From Flectonema sp. DT1601 (taxonomy: Eukaryota), in contig OZ025788.1 of the NCBI GenBank assembly GCA_964019425.1, positions 496,001 to 560,000 on the forward strand: 64,000 bases of DNA, in the 5' to 3' direction. The translations under genes were made by a program, and so were the position numbers. Of this stretch, positions 11,988-23,099 are shown in pieces. The notes beneath the pieces were generated by a model, which ran no database searches, had not been told where the DNA came from, and was given only the letters and a program-made list of their open reading frames with translations. How positions within the stretch are numbered: position 1 is the stretch's first letter; every line of letters begins with the position of its first letter.

Positions 11988-12620
11988 GCTACACGCCCAC
12001 TGGCATCTTTCTGGCATACTTCAAAATGCAGTTTTTCTTTTAGAGAAAAAGATATGAATTCTGAATACAAACGTTTGTGAATTGTTGAATCTGATAAAGA
12101 CGTGGCTGATGATATTAAATTGAATACTACTCGACTACGAAGTCTTTCATCGGAAACACATGATTTCACTACCATGTACACTACCTCATGATTAGATTAA
12201 AGGGAAGCACTTCAGAAAGTATTTGAGTTCAACAACATACTTTACGTTTGAAATCCGACGACAAACAGTTGTCACGTGATACTTATGAACGCTATTCCAA
12301 CAGACATCAACGGTGACTGTGCAATTGCACTACCAGTGCTGAAAGTAAAGAACAGGAAAAACTCAAAATGGATGATTCCAGTTCAGAACGAAGCGTAAAA
12401 AGACTTGCGGTTTATGTTAAACGAGCCGCATCGGAGGAGATAAAACTTAGTTAACCAAAAGCAAATTTATGGACATGTTATTATTGATTCGTATGATAAG
12501 AACCACATAAGAAACGATGATTTACAAGAAGTTTGGAATAAAGTTCCTAGAACTTATTACTGAAGGCCAAACATGGACAAGTAGTATAAGATTACGGCCT
12601 GAAGTACGTTTTCCACAGGG
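11988..12620 (+). pseudogene. Decayed reverse transcriptase fragment, Penelope-like retroelement type
   Basis: Interrupted frames give ATRPLASF, then KRL*IVESDKDVADDIK...SETHDFTTMYTT (12156-12185; resembles PLE W-I--S ... TFDFSTLYT), EIRRQTV/AIPT, KMDD and KFLEL...RFP in RT motif order, with stops and frameshifts. Confidence 0.5.
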
Positions 12621-13993
12621 CTATACGGAACGGCAGAACAATTTATTTAATGTTTCCACCATTTTATTTTCTCACAAAATGCATTTTTTTAATAATCTCA
12701 TAATATGCTAACTTCTTTCCTGATTTTTCACATTTTTTTTTTTTCCCTTTTTCTTTTTTGTTTAGTTTTAGTTTTTACTTTTCGTATTCGGTTTTAACTG
12801 CCCCCTGTTGAAGGCGGGGTTTTTAAGTAAGAAAAAATATTGCCATCCAGATGGGACTCTGTTACTTTGGTTTTCTGTAAATTTGCTTATGTGTGATTAT
12901 GATTTGGGAAGAAAATGAACTCGAAATTTGTTTAGGACTACGAGCTGCGAGCTGCTAATAATATTAACCTATTCTACATTTATATTCCTTGGCCGCGTTC
13001 TGACTTCATCTCCCTTTGTAAAAGTGTTCTGATTAGCTCAATGATGTGTTATCACAAATTGTGTTATTCTGTTTTTTTTTTTTTTTTTTTTTTTTTCTTT
13101 CCCCCCTTATTTCTCCCTCAATGTTCGATAAAGTTATATGTGCTTCCATTTCATAAGGGCCGTCACGGTTTCCCAGGGCTTCAAAAAAAAAAAAAAAAAA
13201 AAAACGGCAAACAAAAATAACCCCATGGAGAAGCTCCCCGTGTTACTTTTCTTCCCTCATGAAAGCTCAACTTTAGAACGATACTGCACAACGAATTAAA
13301 CAACCAATGCATAGGTTGCTTACTAATCGAAAATTTAAGTACTCAGCATGCTAACAGCTGGTACACACAATCTACGTTAGTAAGCTAGCAACCAGCAGAC
13401 TGTTCTCTTTTTCTTTCTTTTTTTTTTTTTTTTTCATTACAGCACATTAAACAAGTGTCTTATGTTTCTATTAACAAGCTCAGGTGTTGCTTATGCTAGT
13501 AGACCATCATGTAGATCAGGATATAAGACATGTATTCTTCAATATGTCTTAATCCTTGATACCATCCCGCTTCGGTGAGGAACCCATGATGTTGCTGCTG
13601 TTTTTCACCTGTTGCATTGAATACATGTTGGTAAGGCAAAGAAAAAAAAAGAAAAAAAAAACGGATTGCACACACAGAAAGGCATTACTTTTCTCTCCCT
13701 TTTAATTCCTGCCTTTTTTTGTTGAATGTCTGTTTAATTTTTTTTTTTTTTCTCTCCTCCTCCTCTTACGAATTTTGTAAGCCTCGCCTGAGTGGTTTGG
13801 CGTTTGGGAATGGCTCCCTTGAAGTAGTCCTTTGAATTTTACAAGGGACCTTCGAAGAGCATCGGTTGTCTTTTGAATTTTTCTCATTACAACTCCTTCA
13901 AAAAACTGAATACTAATAAAAGTATCTGACATCATAACGGCCCTTGCAATGAATTTTATCTTTTACAATTATCTCTTTTATTATCATTCCCTT

Positions 13994-14027
<34 letters not shown>

Positions 14028-16126
14028 CCTGAATTCAGATAAACCTGACCTTTGAATGTATTAAAGGAATTATATCTGAAATTAGTTAACTATGGCGGGA
14101 TTAGAAGAACAAAAAAAAAAAAAAAAAAAAAAAGAAAGAAAAAACTGCCTCCCTTGAGTCTACCTGCGACAAAAACAATGATCTGTTTAGAAGTCTAGGA
14201 TATACTCAAGTAGTTCTACCGACGCCCATCCGCAAGTGAGAGGTAGTTACAGCAGATTCAGGCCGTTTTCAGTACAACTGAAACTAATCTTGGTTAAAAG
14301 AAACCATGTACCCAAGGTGTATCAAACACTACTAAACCAACGTGTATCATAAATTACTAATTGTTATATTAGTTAACTTTTGATACAATACATGTATTTA
14401 TATTATTATAAGTATGCTCAAACAGTTAACTCCTCCCCTAATCAACAAGCAACTCAACCAAAGGCACTCAGCTTTCTGATTTGATTAAAAAAAAAAAGGT
14501 AGATGTAGGGTGGGGGAAAAAAAAAAAAAAAAAAATCAAAACAACACTTGAACTTGTTGTTTGCTCATCGGAGAAGGGGCAATAAAGAAAAAAGAAAAGA
14601 AAAGAAAAAAAAAAAAAAAAAAATCAAAAATTTGTTTATTTATCTTTTTGTTCTACGGTTATTATATTTGTTATTACAAACAATCCAAAAAACGATCGGT
14701 TAAAACATCGGGTGAATTGCATTCTTCATAACTACATGTTATGAACGGAACAGACTCACATTGAACGAGCATCCCAAGAATACCTCTGTCTCATCTTCGA
14801 CCCTCCTGATGTACGGTAGAGGACTGTATGAGGACGGTGATGAGTACAAAAGAAAAAAGAAAGAATAATAAATCCAATAAAAAAAACTAACCACTTCTAA
14901 AAGTAAATTTCAAAAAAAAAAAAACGAAAAAAAGAAGAAAAAAATGGACTACACGTGCCATCGAACAAATAACCATTAGTGTGTGGTGTCAGAATTAAAT
15001 GCGATGCGTGGCAAGTATCAGTATAAACCTTCAAAAGGGAAAAAAACAAACAAAAAAAAAAAAAAGATCATCTTTTGAATTATAAGTCTTTTGCATCCTC
15101 TTGGTCAAATCTTCTTCAAGTTACAAAAACAATAATTGAATGTTTGTTTTTCTCTTTTCTTTTGCAGATACTTGTCGTCCGTCATTCCTTTATTCCTTTA
15201 TATTAAACTAACATCTAGGTGGTAGAGGGTCTTCCCTCAGTTGGGTAACTCTTTTTTTTCTTTTCCTGTCCTTTCCTTTTTTTTGTTTCGAAACAAACAA
15301 TATTTGGTACTTACTGTTGTCCTGTGGGCTTCTATCACCTGGATAAGCGTATAGAGATGATCTTTCGGTTTCTTGTCTTTTTTTCCTCTACCCCCCTCAC
15401 ACCTTTCTTTATTTTTCTCTTCTTCGTTCTTTTCGAAGAATAAATAGCTTGAATGAAAACATAAAAACCAACAATATTATATGAGACTATTAAGTATAAA
15501 TAATAATAATAAATTAAGAAGAAACTGATCATAATAAGTCACTACTGTACTGCATTTACGTAAACAAACAAACAAAACAGCTTCTTGGCTGAGAATCTCT
15601 ATAAGGAGAAATACGGCCTGAAAGCTTGCGGTTTTTTTCTCGAGAATCTTATGCCAACTACAAGGTAGATGTGAGACGAATGCTCGTCAAAGTTGGGGTT
15701 TATGCGTAACAAAACTGTTACTGCGTTTGGTACTCTTGTCACACAAAAAAACAAACAAACAACTTCGTTGTTCCCATCATTTTCAATCCCCTGGAACAAG
15801 AATCAAAAAGGAAAACTTGAAAGCCTTCTGTACAAATGCTTTCTGGAGAAAAAAATATCCACCCCCTTTTTTTTTTTTTTTTCATTCACTGCCAGTTCTG
15901 TCTCCTGTTTTCCCATTCCCACCCTCCACCTCAAGCGATGCGCACCGTTCAGTATTGATGCGTTGCAAAGTAGTATGATGAAGTGATGTAGTCATTGGGT
16001 AGTAATCATTCTTTTAATTTCAAATACAGCTATTCAACTGAAAAGGTAAACAGTAAATACCTTCCTAACTACTAAATCATGTTATTTTATCTTCAGGTTA
16101 GATTAAAACTTCCAAAGTAAAAAAAA

Positions 16127-16507
16127 ATGAACGTTAGAGGTGCGCTGTCAAGATCAAGGGTATTGAGAATGGGTTGACGTCCACCCCCACGGTATGGTGG
16201 ACAACCGTTTGTGATTCATTCTCGCAATAATAATAATCTTTTCATGTTAGCTTTAGGAGGGATGGCATTAGGAATGATTGTAAATGGAATGGTTGTTAAG
16301 GATCAGAGAATGAAACAATTACAACAGTACGATCCTAATCATGGTCCACAATCATTCCAGATAACACCGAGTGGAATTCAGCCGAGTCATTCTCTAAGAC
16401 CTCCACCACCAAGACATGCACCAGTCACAACACAACCACCAGATGAACTCGCTTATTGGGATGGCAGTAAATGGCAACCTCTTCAGAGTAACTCTCAAGA
16501 TAAATAA
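16127..16507 (+). CDS. Small single-pass membrane protein (~100 aa), probable join(16127..16172,16251..16507)
   Basis: ATG at 16127 follows a cttcag acceptor at 16096. Removing GT..AG 16173-16250 deletes an in-frame TGA and gives MNVRGALSRSRVLRMALGGMALGMIVNGMVV...PPDELAYWDGSKWQP. Confidence 0.55.
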
Positions 16508-16704
16508 TAATAAAAACTTCTGATTGTGTGATTTGGTTACACTCATTGACTGACTCCCTTCGAGTGTATGCAATTCACGCGTTGTTTAATAACTACCACA
16601 ACACTCTTAGTGTGTTGCGATATAATTTAATTGTATTCATTCTGAAGGCGTATAAAGCTTCTAACCCGCTGATGCGCAAAACAACTCGCACCTAATCCTG
16701 ATGG

Positions 16705-17026
16705 TAAAATTTGCAAAGTTGCGAAACAAAAACAAAAAATAAGAATCTTTTAAATGATTAAGAGAAACAAAACATTACCGATGACGTAGATGTGTTTTTT
16801 GTGGATTTCTTACCTGACAGCAGGCGACTCTCAAGTATCTCTGAAGTGTGTGTGTCATCCATAGATGATCCCCTGTGACCTGTTCTTCCACACAATCCTG
16901 CTTGAGTAGGTAATAGAGATAAAAACAGTGAGGGATGAAGTATTCCTTTGTACAAATATCCATGTTGATGTCAGTCACTTACACAGATCTTGAGGGTCGC
17001 TCACTGCATGCAACTTTGCGATTTTA
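16705..17026. mobile_element. Possible MITE-like element with 17-18 bp imperfect terminal inverted repeats
   Basis: taaaatttgcaaagttgc (16705-16722) versus the reverse complement of 17010-17026 (taaaatcgcaaagttgc). No clear TSD. Confidence 0.35.
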
Positions 17027-17228
17027 AAATTTTTTGTTAAGGTTGAAATTCTTTTTAAGATTCTCTCTTCATTTTCATTCTCTTTTTTCTTCACAGCGAA
17101 TACCATAGAGACTAAAGTCGTGATTGAAGTAACTATTATAGTGGTAGTAGTAGTACAGTTTATAAATCACTGAAATGTAACATCCAGTTACCATCCCTAA
17201 ACAGTCTTGCTATGTCTCAGTAGTAATT

Positions 17229-17885
17229 ATGATGGATGTGGTGAGAGACCCTCCAACAGGGAGGGCACAGTACGATCTGCTTCCGAGAAGAGAAGTTGAG
17301 ATATGTGAGGGAGTTACAATTACAAGAAGACTAGACCCTGAAAAACTAATAAATTCATTATCAAAGAGACGAATTCCGAGAGTAAAAATAACGATTTTAG
17401 GAGACTGTGACGTTGGTAAGTCGAGACTAGTTGGATGGTGGACTGAAAACAACGCATCCAAGAGAGGAGGAAGTACCGTTGGTGTTGAAAGTCACGTTAT
17501 AACTAAGAAAACTGATAATTGTGAAGAAGTTAAAGTAACACTTTGGGATACAAGCGGGTCCAAAAAATACTTTGAAATCAGAAATGAATTTTACAAAGAA
17601 CCGGATGCCGTTTGTGCGTTCTGTTTTAGCACCACAAGCAGAGTGTCTTTTTCTTCAATATCTAATTGGTTACGAGAAGTAAGACAACAATCACCATCCA
17701 CAAAACGTGGATTTTTGATTGGCCTTCACTCCGGTAGACCTCAGGTTCCAACTGAAGAGGCTACCAACTTCGCTAATGCAAACACACTCACTTACTACGA
17801 ATGCAACCCTTCAACTGGTGAGAATTGCAGTGCTGTTTTTGATGCAATTATCCCTCACTGCGCTACTCGCGTTGCAGTCAATTAG
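17229..17885 (+). CDS. RJL-family (DNAJC27/RBJ-like, J-domain-less) Rab-related small GTPase
   Basis: G1 GDCDVGKS, G2 STVGVE, G3 WDTSGS (no catalytic Q), RJL-typical FEIRNEFYK. No prenylation motif. Confidence 0.8.
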   Translation: MMDVVRDPPTGRAQYDLLPRREVEICEGVTITRRLDPEKLINSLSKRRIPRVKITILGDCDVGKSRLVGWWTENNASKRGGSTVGVESHVITKKTDNCEEVKVTLWDTSGSKKYFEIRNEFYKEPDAVCAFCFSTTSRVSFSSISNWLREVRQQSPSTKRGFLIGLHSGRPQVPTEEATNFANANTLTYYECNPSTGENCSAVFDAIIPHCATRVAVN

Positions 17886-18056
17886 ATTGCTTTTTCTTTT
17901 TTCCGTTAAATACTAATTTTTTTCATATTATTTTACATACTGTACGTTGCTTTATTATTCCCTGAAAAAGGGGACCATTTCAGATCCAGCGGGAGTTTTT
18001 TGAGTGAAGTGTTTAATATATTTCTCATACAGAATTATATAACCGTAAAAACAGAA

Positions 18057-18845
18057 ATGAACCAGGTATGGGATAACGATACAGAAATAACTAGAGAGCT
18101 TGATGACATTGAAAAAAAAGTCGACGCTCTTTCCGATGGAGCATCCGGCATGTCTGAAGAAGAGTTGAAGTCAGCAACACAAGGATTGCTTACGACACTA
18201 AAGCAAAATAATAATTTACTTAAGAAGGTAAAGGTTGATATTGATTATGCTACCAAACAAAGTGGAACTGTGGACGAATCACAGAGAGCAGAACTAGTAG
18301 GCAGATACTTAACACCTAAAACACAGCAATATGAAAAGATAAAAACAAGACTTGATAATCTGCAAAAAGCATCAAATCCAAAAACCTCAGAAGCAGCAAG
18401 AAAAGAGCTAATGGCGAGCGCAGTAACAGCAGAGAGGGAGGAGGAAATGGAGATGCAAGAACTGTCTCCTGCTCAGATGCAACAGACAGCGTTAACTATT
18501 CAAGATGATACTACTGCTGCAGCACTTAGAGCTGAGCAAACAGTTCAACAACTTAGTAATATGGCTGACCATACTAGTAAACAATTATACCGCCAGGAAG
18601 AACAAATTGAAAACATCATCGACGACATGGACAATCTCGCAGCTCAGGTCAAACGCGCCCGTCGTGAAGTAGGTCAGTTCTCCCGTCGGTTGGCCACCGA
18701 TAAATGTTTTGTTTGTCTCTTCGTCTTAGTACTGTTAGCAATCTGTACTATTGTTGGTTTAAATATATTTAATAAAAGTAGCGATGATAGCTCTACTGCA
18801 GAAGATGAACTGGGTCCCCGTTTCGAAGATGACAGAAGAAGATAA
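18057..18845 (+). CDS. Qb-SNARE, NPSN-like
   Basis: First ATG at 18057. Helical N-terminal bundle, SNARE motif with central Q (LYRQEEQIENI), then RRLATDKC followed by a TM helix as in NPSN. Confidence 0.8.
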   Translation: MNQVWDNDTEITRELDDIEKKVDALSDGASGMSEEELKSATQGLLTTLKQNNNLLKKVKVDIDYATKQSGTVDESQRAELVGRYLTPKTQQYEKIKTRLDNLQKASNPKTSEAARKELMASAVTAEREEEMEMQELSPAQMQQTALTIQDDTTAAALRAEQTVQQLSNMADHTSKQLYRQEEQIENIIDDMDNLAAQVKRARREVGQFSRRLATDKCFVCLFVLVLLAICTIVGLNIFNKSSDDSSTAEDELGPRFEDDRRR

Positions 18846-18884
18846 ACTATCCCTCTTTCATACTTAAAAATAGAGGACATCGCT

Positions 18885-19101
18885 ACGAGGAATGCCTAGT
18901 AGGCGCAAGTCATCAGCTTGCACTGATTACGTCCCTGCCATTTGTACACCGCCCGTCGTTGCTACCGATTGGCTGTGGGATAGAGCTGGGGGGAGAGAGC
19001 TCTCTGCGGGCAACCGCTTAGAGCGTTTCGAATCCCAGCAATATTTCTCAGCTAGAGGAAGCAAAAGTCGTAACAAGGTTGCTGTAGGTGAACCTGTAGC
19101 A
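18885..19101 (+). pseudogene. Dispersed 18S rRNA 3'-terminal fragment (V9/helix 44-45)
   Basis: acgaggaatgcctagta...tacgtccctgccatttgtaca(--)ccgcccgtcgttgctaccgat...ctagaggaagcaaaagtcgtaacaaggttgctgtaggtgaacctg. 2-nt deletion in the universal GTACACACCGCCC, terminal GGATCA missing, no rest of the operon. Confidence 0.92.
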
Positions 19102-19878
19102 ATCCGTAAATGGAAACTAGATAGTCAAGTTTACTGTTTGACAACGAGGAGTTAGGAAGGCTCTGGTAAACCTGTTAGCCACTGATACTCAATCGGTTGT
19201 GTTTGGAATCACTATTTGTAGTAAAGTAAATTCGATAGATGCGAAAAGAATAAAGAAATAAAAATAATAAAAAAAAAGAAAATCCTGGCTGATTCTGTCC
19301 TATTCCTATTTTAACAATTTTATTCGTATTTTTATTTTCGAGAATTACTCACGCATCCACTAACATCTATCCCCTGATACTTTTGGTCAGTAGTCTGTTT
19401 TTGTTCATCCTACAGTGTGTGAAGGAAATTGCCACTGAGTTAGCGGTTATTATTTAATTACTGTGGTATTTTCGATTTTCTCAGTAAATACACAGAAACC
19501 GAGTGTAGGAAGAAAAACCTAACCCCAGTAATACTCAAACAGACAATATAATAGAGGGAAAAAAAAAAAAAAAAAAAAAAAAAAAACACACCCCAATAGA
19601 TATTTAAAAAAAAAAAAAAAAACACCGCTACTAGCAGTTCGGGACTTCCTTTTAGTTACGTTATTTTCCCCTATTTATTTATTTTTCTTTTTTTCTCTTC
19701 GGATGTCTTTTAATTATATTTTGAATTGCTTAATCAAAAATTAAAAGTAATTTTTAATTTTTCAAATAGAAACACATATGGCTATAGACATGCATGAATA
19801 AAAAAATAATATTAACTAAATCAACCTGTTTGAGCTCTTTAGCATCTTTTTCATCCACAGAATCCTAGTCTGCGGGTC

Positions 19879-20787
19879 ATGCTGACGTCCCACCGGAGGA
19901 CATGTCCATCGATGCTACGAGACACAGAGGAACTTCCTTTTATCGATCCTGTTCCTGAGGATTTGAATTGTGGGATATGCATGAGCGCTTCGATGGATCC
20001 ATATGTTACTGAAGAATGTGGTCATTTGTTTTGTAAGTCGTGTATTCATACAGCTCTAGACAGAAAGAAAGAATGTCCTTTATGCAGAGTCCTAGTCGGA
20101 TATGATGGTGTTCGAAAAGATGTGAGAACAGCTCGAAAAATAGCATCACTTAACGTCTACTGCAGACATAGAAAGAACGGTGGTTGTACATGGAGAGGTG
20201 CTCAATCTGACTATGAAAGACATTCAGAGAAGTGTGAATATGCTCCAGTACCATGTCCATTCGCAGTTCATGGTTGTGAGGTTCATGCGATACGAAGAAC
20301 TTTATCAGAACACTTACAAACTAATGCGATGCATCATAGCTTGCTTACATGTGCTGCTATTACTCGATTACAGGAAGAGCACCTCACTCTTCAACAGGAA
20401 CTTGAGATATTACAACGTCATGATCAACGGTTTATTTGGGTAGTCCCAAACTTTGGATCAAAGAAATCCCCCGTCTATTCACGTAAGTTTTCAGCTAAAC
20501 GTCACCAATGGTATCTCGGTGTTGACTTTGAAGGACCAGATCAACACGCAGGTGTGTACCTCTTTGCTGAAGGTCACACTAAACGTGTGGATTTTAAACT
20601 TATTTTATTCAACCAAGATCCAAAGAAGGATAAAAAGCATCACGTTAACGACTGGACTATTGAATACAAAGGAAAGGGATGGGGACCATTAAAGTTTATT
20701 GACAGAGCTAACTTAGTTGGAACAGGCTTTGTTGTGAATGGATGTGTTCGAATAGCGGCAGAGATTGAAGGAGAACCGTTTGATTGA
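19879..20787 (+). CDS. TRAF-like E3 ubiquitin ligase (RING, TRAF zinc finger, coiled coil, MATH)
   Basis: RING CGIC..CGHLFCKSC..CPLC, then C-x-W-x-G..H...C, CPFAVHGC, and MATH FIWVVPNF...WYLGV...KGWGPLKFI. Confidence 0.9.
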   Translation: MLTSHRRTCPSMLRDTEELPFIDPVPEDLNCGICMSASMDPYVTEECGHLFCKSCIHTALDRKKECPLCRVLVGYDGVRKDVRTARKIASLNVYCRHRKNGGCTWRGAQSDYERHSEKCEYAPVPCPFAVHGCEVHAIRRTLSEHLQTNAMHHSLLTCAAITRLQEEHLTLQQELEILQRHDQRFIWVVPNFGSKKSPVYSRKFSAKRHQWYLGVDFEGPDQHAGVYLFAEGHTKRVDFKLILFNQDPKKDKKHHVNDWTIEYKGKGWGPLKFIDRANLVGTGFVVNGCVRIAAEIEGEPFD

Positions 20788-21293
20788 GCGACCCCCTTTT
20801 TTGTATTCTGATTCTGTTGATATATGTTTTCCCCTAGCTTTACAATTGAGAGATTCTGAAAATTAAAAAAAAAAGGAAAACAGAGAGAGACGAAGCCTTT
20901 TTTTTCTTCTTCTTCTTTTTTTTTTGTTTTTTTTGTATTAATAATTTAGTTTTAATTTTATATTGCTCTCATTTTTTTGGGGAGGTGGGGGAGAATACTG
21001 TTAGTTTTTGGACTTCGTTAGTCTGCAGAAAGGAGAAAGCAGATAAGCTTTGAGTGAATAAAGCCGGTAATGTCAACGAACCCCCAATATAAACAAACAA
21101 AACAAACAACAACAAAAAAAAAAAAAAAAAAAAAAAAAAGCAATGTGATTTTATTTATTTACTATTTCTATTTCTGTTAAGTCGGTCCTCATAATTTCTT
21201 AAAGTTTTTTTTTTTTTTTTTTGTTGTCTTTCAGTGTGACTTCTATGTCGTTACCATTTCGTTGTTTTTTTACAGAAGGTCATCGGTCACAAA

Positions 21294-22366
21294 ATGAAAC
21301 CATTCTCTGTTGAAGGAACCTATCATGACCTGGATACCTATTCAGGAAGAGTACTTCACTTTTATAATATGATCGATCCTAGGAAGTTATTTGTGTCAAC
21401 TGAGCAGTTAAATGAATGCACCTCACTCGTTAATAAATTTAAAAATAAACAATTCAGCAACGAAGAGCTTCTATGCCCTTCAGTCAACTCACAATTGTGG
21501 GCTGCTAAGAGTACTCTTGGAGCTGTGCTTCATCCAGACACTAACGAATCGGTTTGGACTGCGTTTAGAGCAGCAGCGTTTATCCCAGCAAACGTACCAA
21601 TTTCAGCTGGTATGTTACTTAGCGCGCCTACAGTTGGTAATTCTATTTTCTGGCAGTGGGTAAATCAGTCTTACAACGCTGGTTTTAATTACGCCAACAG
21701 ACCAATTACTGTTGGTGAGAACGGAGAAGCCCAAGATGACGCAATGGCAAGCACACTAGCTGCGTACACTACTGCGACAGCAGTTAGTTGTGGGTTGGCT
21801 GTTGGTCTTAATCAGTGGCTTAAGAAAGCAAGTTTGTCCCCGGCAATGGCCAAACGACTTGCTGTTGCTGTTCCTTTTGTTGCAGTAGCCGGAGCTGGTG
21901 CATTTAATGTGGTCGCTATGAGATATAAGGAAGCGGTGGATGGTATTTCTATTTATCATCCAGAAACCGGTGCCGAACTCGGCAAGTCCTGCTCCGTCGC
22001 TAAAACAGCTCTTGGTCAATGTGCTTTAAGTAGAGTTGTTCTCCCTGCACCTGTTTTATTAATACCACCATTCCTTCTTCCTGTTGTGAGATCACTTGCT
22101 CCTAAAATAGCAGCAACTATTGTAGGTAGAGCAGCCCTCGATTTGCTTGTTTTGACCTGCGCGCTTACTGTGGCTTTGCCATTTGCAATTGCTGTGTTTC
22201 CACAAAATGGAAGTTATCCTGTGGCATCACTTGAAGATGGTCTCCGTAAGATAGCTGAGAAAGTATGTTGTTTGCTTCCTTCCTTTTTCTAAGATTTCAA
22301 TTTATCTTTACAATAAAACAAAAACAGGAAAAGATAGAAGTAGTTAAATTCAACAAGGGACTATAA
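21294..22366 (+). CDS. SFXN: Sideroflexin (mitochondrial carrier), join(21294..22262,22328..22366)
   Basis: Motifs GRVLHF..DPR, HPDT, FWQWVNQSYNAGFNYANR, SRVVLPAP, AIAVFPQ. Splicing restores the conserved C-terminus VKFNKGL*. Confidence 0.93.
22263..22327 (+). other. Spliceosomal intron (65 nt)
   Basis: GTATGT...aataaaacaaaaacAG, phase 0; restores FNKGL. Confidence 0.93.
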
Positions 22367-23099
22367 ACGAAGCGTATTGTTGAATGCACTCTCTTCTCAT
22401 TCTTTCTTTATTTTCGTGCGTGAAAAAATTCCTTTTTTTTTTTTTTTTTTTTTGTCTTTCGCCAGTCTTACTCGACGAGTACTAAAAGAAGAAATCTTAA
22501 TCTATTCTTTTGGTACTCTCGATAGTTTGCAAACAAAACGTTCTTTTATGTTGTGGGTGACGAGAAGAATACTTATATTATCGTGTGTGTGTTGTCCGTT
22601 TATTTTTGTTTTCATCACCGGGTTGTGGTGTGGGAACCTCTTTAAAAAGAAGCAGCCCATAATTTTCTTTTTGTTGTTGTTGGAAAGTCAGATGACGATC
22701 TCGTCTATCGCACCGATCGCATACAGAGTAGTGCGGTAGGTGAGATTTTCTGATTTCTGCCTTGTTTTAACTGACTTTCTTCGATTCTTTCTTTTTGTTT
22801 GTTCTTTCTTAATGGTTCTCAGCAGTCACGTATCGTCAATTGTGGGATATAAAAACCTTGCTACCGAGTGTGCTATTACATCTCCACATGGTTGTAAGCA
22901 CCCCCTTCGCGAAAGAACTATCAGCAAAAAGGACTATTGGTAGCAATTAGTTTTAAATTATTATTATTATTGTTTCTTAATGGTGTTACTTTCTATGTAG
23001 GTTTTCATGTCATATGAGTGGACAGTTTTTTGATCATTTTGACGCACTTACAGCTATGCATTACTAAACTGTTACAGGAAATAAGAAACAAAAACAACA

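Noticed and set aside
16175..16177. In-frame TGA suggesting selenocysteine, readthrough or a variant genetic code
   Set aside because: A GT-AG intron at 16173-16250 removes it more simply, other genes here end in TGA normally, and no SECIS was recognised.
17983..18056. Possible 5'UTR intron ending aaaacAG just before the SNARE ATG
   Set aside because: No convincing GTATGT-type donor upstream, and it cannot be tested by reading frame.
18885..19101. Functional rRNA gene
   Set aside because: Only the 3' ~217 nt is present, with a deletion in a universal motif and no operon context.
18892..19155. 87-aa ORF
   Set aside because: It is the translation of the 18S rRNA fragment.
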